Shown here: positions 60,001 through 64,000 of the stretch, in pieces
Layout of the letters: every line of letters starts with the position of its first letter
How positions within the stretch are numbered: position 1 is the first letter of the stretch
Assembly: GCA_945877765.1 (NCBI GenBank)
Contig: CAMDWQ010000009.1
Coordinates: forward strand, 7,409 to 71,408
Reading direction: 5' to 3'
DNA length: 64,000 nt
From: Candidatus Omnitrophota bacterium
GTDB lineage: Bacteria; Omnitrophota; Gorgyraeia; 2-02-FULL-51-18
Notes under the pieces: model-generated
What the model saw: the letters and a program-made list of their open reading frames with translations, nothing else
Database searches by the model: none
What the model was told of the DNA's origin: nothing
Program-made: the position numbers and the translations under genes

Positions 60001-63000
60001 CGGATGTCTTGAGCGCTAATTTTATTTTTAAGAAGATTATTCAAAATACCTACGCTTCTTTGAACAACCACACGTCGTGTGCCTCCGTCCATTTGCCAAT
60101 CCAAATCATAAGAAATGAGCGTTATCTTTTTTTGTCGTAAACTGGCGGCAAGCTCTTTTCTGGATTTGCCATTCAAAGGAAATGAGATGTAAGAGAATCC
60201 CCCGATTTTCCTAAATTCCTCTGCCTTGATGTCCTTCCATTCGATTTTTACCACGAAAGATCTGCCTTTTTCACCTTGAAGAGATTTAGCGGCAAAAACA
60301 ATGTAATCCCCGCCCTGCCCAAGGTAGTTGAGCCCTTCAGGCACTCTGGAAAGAGATACTTTTTTTTGTTTTCTTGGTGCAACAAGAACCTCTCCAAACC
60401 ATCTGCGAAGCATCGCGGTATCTACACCAGCAAGAGCTTTCTGCAGCCCTTCGATGATTGCTTGGGCTTGCCTTGGGTCAGAGGGGGCATTGGCTGGATC
60501 AGACCAACTTACCTCCGCCAACCTCGCCCCGGCGCCCTTTTCATTTCCACCAAACTTTTTAGGAATGGGGACCGAGACCATTCGCCTTTTTTTTGGATCT
60601 TTTCCAACCCTGTAGGTGTGTTCAAAAGATCTTACTGTCGGTTTCTGTCCATCATGATCCACGCGAAGACTATAAATACCTCGGTTTTGGTTGACCGCAC
60701 TGGCATCTAGGACAAACTGCAGGTATTGATTGCCTTTCAAGGATACGTTATTCAGAATTGCGGCCATCGCTGAGGACGTTCTTTTTGGGTTAATGAACAG
60801 GTGTAAATTTTGGGCAGGCACTATTTTGTGTAAAACTCCTGGCAGAACGTCTCCGGAAACCACGATTGGAGAGAGCTTCTTATTTTCTCTTCTTAGTGAT
60901 TTGACAAACTTGCTTAAATGCTCAAAACTTTGCTTTTTCAGCCGCACCATATCTCTAGAAGCACCGTTAAGTTTCATTTTTTTCGGATCTGTTCTGTCTG
61001 ACCACACATCCTCCTGGTACCAATCAGAGCCCTTAACATCTCCTCTTGGGCTATTGGCATGTATCAGCACGATATCGGCTTCATCGTCAGAGGTTGTCTC
61101 AAAACGGACTATTGTCGATAAATGCATCAGCACTTCCCGCAGTTGATTTTGCAGACGCTCCCGTGGTAGCCCTCGATGCATTGATTCGTTTTGAATCAAC
61201 AATTCTAGATCCACTCCTTGATTGTGCTCCTTATTATTATCAGATATGTCCATTTTACCAACAGGTTCATTCCCGCTAACATGCGCCGCCTCATGATCCG
61301 CTAAGACCATATGAACATTTTCAGGAGCTTGGTTCATCAGGTACAAAATAGCCAAATGCGCCCTGAAGCTATTCCAGTAGTTGGCGTCGGTCATACGAAT
61401 GGAGGGGTGCAGAATATCGCCCACGAAAAATATTTTTGCCTTACCCGATAAGATGTCGTCCAAGATTGGGATGATTCTGGCTTTAAGACTCTGCGATTGG
61501 CCATGAATATCCCCGATAAATAGGGAATACTCGGAATCAGCCTGAGAGACACTTCTTAGGGCTTTGCCTTGGTGTTGGGTCACACTTGGAAACTCACCAA
61601 TTTCAATGGCTTCGGCAGTGGTTGCCGCGTCTTTTAAAATTTGAAGGGCTTTTTTAAGATCAAGTGAGGAGTGGCCGTTGGCATCCAATTTTTCAGGCGT
61701 GAGAAGTAGGAGGAGTTCATTTCTTGTTTCATCCCTATCTGCCAACCGAGTCCCGGAAGAACGAGCAGTCAAAATTGCCCTGCTCTTGAGAATGGGCTGT
61801 TCAAGGTCATTCAAGTCGAGCTCATAATCATAGCCAAGGCGGTCGTGAAGAAGGCGCACCATGCGGCCAGCAATCGAGAACCTAGATTTAAGCCATACAA
61901 AATGGTCCCCACGCGCCTTACGCCGGGCCTCGATGGTCTTGTCCGCGTGTACGTAAAGCGTGCGCGCCATGGGACGCAGTGATCGAAAAAGCGGTGCCGA
62001 AGAGGAACCCACCACCACGAAGAACGTATCCCGATTAGCCTCCAAAGAAATAGTGTGGATCCCATTCAATTCGTCATGGAGTGGCGCGGCATCAATCTGG
62101 ATAGTTTTCCATCCGAAATTGGTAAGCCTCTTCATCCGGAAGATTATTTCTCGCACAGTAGACATTTGCATGTCGATATGAATGATAAAGTCTTCAAAAA
62201 AACCTAGCGGCATGTAATAAATACCGGGGAAATTTAAAATAAAAAACTGAAAAAGCGAAAAAATCTGCCACACGAAGCCCTTGTGGTACAACCAGTCCGT
62301 CTCAATGACACGCGCAGGCACAAACTTGACATTCTCTCCTTCTTTGCCAAAATGATCGGCAAGATTCTTGGCAAAGGTCGACTTTCCTGAGCCTGGAACA
62401 CCGTCAATGATCAAGAGCCGGTAAACACCATTCCTAACCTCCTCAGGCGTCGGGCGAAGAGCATCGTAAATAGCCGGATAGGTGTCTGCTACAAACTCGA
62501 ACTTCTCCTGTTGTTTCACACCTTGGAATTGTGAAGCGGTGTTTTCCGCCAGCCGGGCGCCCTCGCTATGTGATTTTAAGGCGATCTGGGCCGCTCTTTC
62601 AATAGCGCCTCTACCCAACCTGGAGTACCGTTCTTGTTTTTCTTCATCTTCAGTTGCAGAAAAAAGAATTCCATATATTTGACCTAAGGCCAACAGAATG
62701 GGTCTCGAATTTTGAGGATCAATTCCGACTGCTTTTTCGTAAGCAGTGATGGCCTCCTCAAAGCGCCCTTGAGCAGCATAAACGTTGCCTAAGACTCCCC
62801 AACCACCGTGTGATAGTGGATTCCATTCCAAGCCGATGTTAAGAAGCATTTCGGCTGAGGCATACACTTTTGCCTCATAATACCGCAAGGCATTTTCAAA
62901 AAAAAGGATATGCGCAAAAGAAGCGCGCTCCACTCTCCAAAAATCTTCAAACAACTCAATAAAATATCCCACATCTTTAAACTTCAAATCATTATCGATG

Positions 63001-63998
63001 ACTTCCGTATGATCTAGAATACCCGCAATGTTGCTTGCCAAAAATGCGGACCCCTTCATATTGTCAGGAATATCTATCCGAGGGTCGTCCAAAACTCTAT
63101 CCATTTGAATCATCGAATCACTTGAACCTTTAAAGACCCCTGTTTGTTCTAATATCGCCCGCAAAGTGCGGTAATGCATCGCACCGCCGATATGAAGCAG
63201 CCGAAGCCAGCTGAGTCCCGGAGGTAACGCCAGAGGATCCGTATGACTGACTATCTGGAAAAGCTTCTGGCCCATCATCTTCCCTTGCACCACATCTCCC
63301 AAGAGAATATGAATCTGCGTCAGATAGCGCGAAACAATGATCGTATTTAGCAGCTCCTCATCCAATCCTATGGCTTTTAAATCCTTGCCGTACCTTTTTT
63401 TAATCCCTTCAATGACCTCTCGGTAGGATGGGTCCGGAGAATAATACAACACGAGCGGTTCGTGAATAGTGGGGCTATCATCAGAGTCCACCCAAAGAAT
63501 TTTATTTTCCTTCAAATCATTTATTTGTGAAGGACTCAGCGACAAACTTTCAAAAAGATCCTCTGCATTCATATCCTGTGCGTCCGGATCCTTATCCCCC
63601 CACCGAGCCATCAGCGGATTCTCTCCGTACAAAAGTATTCTTTCTGTTTTTTGGGACGCTGCTTCAAAATCCACGCCCATAAAATAACTACGCATCCGAT
63701 GCATTGCGTATCGCGTTGCCCTTGAAGCATTGACTCCATACAAGCGAGGCCAATCGCTTTCAGTCGAAAAAGGCATCATTTTATTTGCTTCTAAAAGAAT
63801 TGTTCCCCAGAGCTCATTTTTCTGAGCAACTGCAGACCCGCTCCCATCTTGCGCGAAACGCTTCACTGCTAGAGGGGGCAGCTCAATGCTCGCGGCGAAT
63901 ACACCTTGAAATAAATCGTTTAGTTCCTTATCGGTGAGCGCTCTTAAACCATGATGTTCGCCAACTGCATGATAAACATTGGCGAGAGTAACTCCCAC
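51090..63998 (-). CDS. giant multidomain protein of at least 4302 aa, N-terminus outside the window (reading frame open to the window edge; first in-window codon is GTG)
   Basis: Recognisable modules from the N-terminus: TPR repeats (AITAYEKAVGIDPQN); a P-loop GVPGSGKST; a calcineurin-like phosphoesterase (FIGDIHGQ...FVGDILH...LADHEAAH); a class-I SAM-MTase (ILSIGSGPGII...VILLADSYGHM...NGRIIITT); a second Rossmann/MTase-like domain (LLLIGPGKNAKEI...FDLIMSN...LKPEGAY); a third (VLILGGGKGAGLLAL...LKPGG); a GHKL/RsbW-like N-box (LKEMLRNALDHG); and at least 10 occurrences of the [GA]ARLA[SE] signature. Confidence 0.8.
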   Translation of the reverse strand: MGVTLANVYHAVGEHHGLRALTDKELNDLFQGVFAASIELPPLAVKRFAQDGSGSAVAQKNELWGTILLEANKMMPFSTESDWPRLYGVNASRATRYAMHRMRSYFMGVDFEAASQKTERILLYGENPLMARWGDKDPDAQDMNAEDLFESLSLSPSQINDLKENKILWVDSDDSPTIHEPLVLYYSPDPSYREVIEGIKKRYGKDLKAIGLDEELLNTIIVSRYLTQIHILLGDVVQGKMMGQKLFQIVSHTDPLALPPGLSWLRLLHIGGAMHYRTLRAILEQTGVFKGSSDSMIQMDRVLDDPRIDIPDNMKGSAFLASNIAGILDHTEVIDNDLKFKDVGYFIELFEDFWRVERASFAHILFFENALRYYEAKVYASAEMLLNIGLEWNPLSHGGWGVLGNVYAAQGRFEEAITAYEKAVGIDPQNSRPILLALGQIYGILFSATEDEEKQERYSRLGRGAIERAAQIALKSHSEGARLAENTASQFQGVKQQEKFEFVADTYPAIYDALRPTPEEVRNGVYRLLIIDGVPGSGKSTFAKNLADHFGKEGENVKFVPARVIETDWLYHKGFVWQIFSLFQFFILNFPGIYYMPLGFFEDFIIHIDMQMSTVREIIFRMKRLTNFGWKTIQIDAAPLHDELNGIHTISLEANRDTFFVVVGSSSAPLFRSLRPMARTLYVHADKTIEARRKARGDHFVWLKSRFSIAGRMVRLLHDRLGYDYELDLNDLEQPILKSRAILTARSSGTRLADRDETRNELLLLLTPEKLDANGHSSLDLKKALQILKDAATTAEAIEIGEFPSVTQHQGKALRSVSQADSEYSLFIGDIHGQSQSLKARIIPILDDILSGKAKIFFVGDILHPSIRMTDANYWNSFRAHLAILYLMNQAPENVHMVLADHEAAHVSGNEPVGKMDISDNNKEHNQGVDLELLIQNESMHRGLPRERLQNQLREVLMHLSTIVRFETTSDDEADIVLIHANSPRGDVKGSDWYQEDVWSDRTDPKKMKLNGASRDMVRLKKQSFEHLSKFVKSLRRENKKLSPIVVSGDVLPGVLHKIVPAQNLHLFINPKRTSSAMAAILNNVSLKGNQYLQFVLDASAVNQNRGIYSLRVDHDGQKPTVRSFEHTYRVGKDPKKRRMVSVPIPKKFGGNEKGAGARLAEVSWSDPANAPSDPRQAQAIIEGLQKALAGVDTAMLRRWFGEVLVAPRKQKKVSLSRVPEGLNYLGQGGDYIVFAAKSLQGEKGRSFVVKIEWKDIKAEEFRKIGGFSYISFPLNGKSRKELAASLRQKKITLISYDLDWQMDGGTRRVVVQRSVGILNNLLKNKISAQDIRLFGQHQRSLMEKGFLDADPHLINSGVYDGRRVDLKNIRIIDDGFIYPTQEVDVQKDSYLTPFEFYIDQLTGEAAGLANNIQDAMPLYEEIFDHPTSTELKKIEEIFKKARSEKKIKLFLKTIRNKKNKPILNELRSKLRSPITLASLIARIEDDLRLKPIDRGRIDIDYGGMESMLINGQPSQFKQLKTMLELLLAAALGHSSKKERIQLRFHSNDQGLLNVDVTSPWHQPWFQRQKPVVDLVNNSPISTSANALGRAITVKEDAANSTATFSIHGIDLNSSASAARLASTAPTFGRSGKPASETFSPTDERLFDPENREINLRLLEQLIQQADKHARIGGSARYLRTGYAHMEERGFGKDDTGEWKWIANAPSVSRASRDIDVILRDDDLDTRASFIEAFLKILKQRKDVQAKSVHYQQTVGDFIELTFQASAAGESAVILPIDFPPAPLLNVLAQKIDEFGDADSREQSPGGFIRNYFAAEYTVGDPYIYEAMLSLFHSDMPSFLRSVAWKNRIPKLQALLRQTDQANILRRIKEKEKEPVLGTPLKADFKQFDDAAHPVFVTYYDELADPSSQVIIYINQAFLDAMRRSDGTNGDKKDWVGKTYVEKNPLDLANQYTDVDLEALQKERGEPLLKPERNESGDKPIIVDTAKLRFYDSEGKRVGVLGMFSPQISDAMNPDLKETLRRVLEAQKALTDQVAARLAESPSNKNELYNRYNSDGKAFFNRDAISPSVIDRSYRDKLKAIITAGQNKKLRILSIGSGPGIIEKELMEEPPGHVVHAIELNRRQALFTQIRRVPVLQQSAEDPFDLGDPFDVILLADSYGHMNPDKLIPNILGHLAKNGRIIITTLDTSHEEVLTDFKFIEYAIPTLESLTQAFGGFEVHQRERISFRNYQDWVIYEILRKKDSDAESGLHSTVSGDIGARLASAIPIDTEETESVLLISDSQEKVNRLRELILRHTPIIDAINAQRRQLSFLSFNSLYEIYRIDDKARLSLDDKSARIFTFNLRNGYFKNYRDELIMKYSIPTMLEKISISQEQFFGLDLIPENPGIETTPGDLFRHYGLGDAVNHLPLERRSSFYFNAQSWALDMVDETETATSAQTNFYFNLRGEWKGTVIRSESDFIGCLFEPAKNNPLVFGMHFHPNGNLYPSTVDITEISYSGAPEMIVSPSGEATVWFPKSLPFLQSFVGGSQWGVFSESENLVVEALVDKFFVRADLDLSSEQASIRNKGGARLAEEESLENTFALQITNLLSDLKEPYRHPIQTGDLLLIGPGKNAKEIISILIALPKMQSLTVIDLSDGMFEGMRNELSVWAGADDLKKALILKVNFIQSSLSDMTGSFDLIMSNSVIDETLPSFAGLPLVEMKFLILDIWVASIKQMLKPEGAYVTSTSIPDPFMRNGFSIRYYANEPTAFGDFIAVKNADYLIPVEDRGLPVNHELEVPLRASVFLAYLLDTIEWHLDYKVGRAYWFKTAQWEDVKAEVIMLVSHLTSRHLERMTSSQNDALRNLSSWQQISLRDVSNQNILLFGQQVTAAREEGVQIANSIPELERYQNEAEVLTKAKKIVQRIESLDARLNELRESMMAEYLKKVAEVMKPIDVIGKEYIEKIRKVVGVDKLEIFEFDDDANFSRGEALETILKLPEATTKEVLILGGGKGAGLLALGLALSEKSIRFLLLPEEREKAALLDRAAVELGIPPAQFSVEVVDFLKPGGLSYASEETRPSLVIVPDMGPVKDTRDRLRMVNESIPLTGGYLLAWQTIHADESNYGFGQNKDFFINQRTIDSSMRTSPNGRSLEDYQLIQVLPRSMRLSNSLRSNVEPRELLYLLKELAHGPDELHVTELVRQRLHDLAKYRTPVVLDSLLLALNDMDSDYRARVLSIAESVMRTIPPEKRFLFLTSLKKIRTNGEDAQHDLVGARLAISEEETARLVNFDHQSISDMNPAGRIVSIARKIKRNLGVSLFISQDNGVIADLSIQRNIMALPDRSSSTRLVARYPIGNTNVDAALNIMERFLADNDALYKYADNDRYAGYGDKFRKYVNEIEMICFQNDQSLIDNAFTGLLPHRFSIVKDGEKHDLVLERVGGKNILKAEEIQSLPPTGMEPLRIAELASRPSSISFVIRDDKGKLIAYFVGIIIIMDEQQRILGNASLARSDDYKGHALFKMLYHYALKAALSANLSKSTAQVGSIGRNSPLLPTLLNLGGTITSIDLYPSYPDLADVSSAANQELARINRITDDDERATLLKNFLKLYPTAAVVVTNDVAVALEHLSRESPAGQGSRVAATDEQSLSGDPNGARLATTPIWMPANEGELIWVYDQESHNLVQVRVDKINAAGNYIVVQTSNGPESPDWNKVSRILLENHPTPKDTIAIRGKTPILEQITMLFTKIEGGKVNLRFVVPDDSVQLPIIVRDKLLTKSNFSIQTRLVEYDKKKREEQTSSKALLEYVARNTKLIKIDLSSPVDKEALSDAIKNEQPLWIDLSHIEDRSRLSGHDAESSRFYYLARAIEDILIKENPGDHSAFGATYILKEMLRNALDHGNKRNYRLPIVIRIQFNRQERHLQKMEVLDTAFPEIEEYHPRGTFVNKEVKDFSFWEYHSIPLTFEGRGIGTSSYVEYRDAARLASEAPTRHLGALKATMQFAPTIYANGTIERHDRLVFAAQAIISARRDFVEGSLVIGDQTLRFTLDHDAKILRLYFEDSMEVVLRNYKAIITRNRKGQNIDATLMLSQDELLSQLELKNKLAEQTNKVRSLTESLITPESKFLIINLKGLMSQKKLPTDELFTHALVNAMHKATKFNVYFQIVGITPKNRKKIMDRAEALYPSQTFILKKAPSNIKSMKSASLEAMDPKNIRILSQDRLHLIIQVPTQRGFLNFDALIHGLIAEAEIGKEGIKHPRNQQRLREIFQALGSDVSAAAPVEFLNFVQGVGLTPDIVQRLAIHCLNVANIVSAYNMTARMAEQAA

Positions 63999-64000
63999 CC

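Noticed and set aside
1-64000. tRNA or rRNA genes
   Set aside because: I scanned the intergenic regions for T-loop (GGTTCGAATCC-like) and acceptor-stem patterns and found none. There are no rRNA-like conserved blocks.

Overview
This is a 64 kb chromosomal segment at roughly 45 % GC, apparently from an uncultivated diderm (Gram-negative) bacterium. Almost every gene is on the minus strand; two plus-strand genes are 1608..2597 and 23978..25690 (the latter with its decayed copy at 25688..27291). The outer-membrane inference rests on the TolC-like, RND and PilT genes.

Housekeeping content, left to right:
- a 3'-truncated alpha/beta hydrolase at the left edge (missed by the ORF track), then tatC;
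- the xseA-xseB-ispA-dxs block;
- a rny ... ymdB pair split by an inserted BrnT/BrnA toxin-antitoxin pair and a Zn-ribbon membrane protein;
- 5-formyl-THF cyclo-ligase and an Rrf2-family regulator;
- pilT, a DEAD-box helicase, an RluE-like pseudouridine synthase, and a Rho that lacks its N-terminal RNA-binding domain;
- a HicAB-like pair, an RND pump with a TolC-like channel but no adaptor gene, a SYLF/Ysc84-domain lipoprotein, a ParA-like ATPase, fadI-fadJ, a lone receiver domain and recQ.

Three things stand out:
1. A sulfur-assimilation island (12917..22303) couples sulfate activation (cysD, cysN, an APS-type cysH) and a sulfonate/nitrate-type ABC importer to a protein-thiocarboxylate sulfur-carrier system. 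It contains a CysO-like carrier with a ~90 aa extension after its GG, a Zn-ribbon ThrC-family PLP enzyme overlapping it, a ThiS-GG domain fused in-frame to cysteine synthase, and a JAMM/Mec+-type protease. No E1-like activating enzyme is visible.
2. A giant co-directional gene (51090..63998, at least 4302 aa, running off the window edge) encodes TPR repeats, a P-loop kinase-like domain, a calcineurin-like phosphoesterase, three or more SAM-methyltransferase-like Rossmann domains and a GHKL-kinase-like box. Its modules are punctuated at least ten times by a [G/A]ARLA[S/E] signature that is conserved even at the nucleotide level. It sits directly upstream of an FAD-oxidoreductase, two GT2 glycosyltransferases and a GHL10 lipoprotein.
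3. Two dispersed repeat families are present: six loci of REP/MITE-like CCCCGA/TCGGGG hairpins, including a tandem array at 46037..46296, and a GC-rich roughly 80-nt structured element recurring in the 5' leaders of minus-strand genes.

All calls come from reading the translations and the sequence by eye; no database search was possible.
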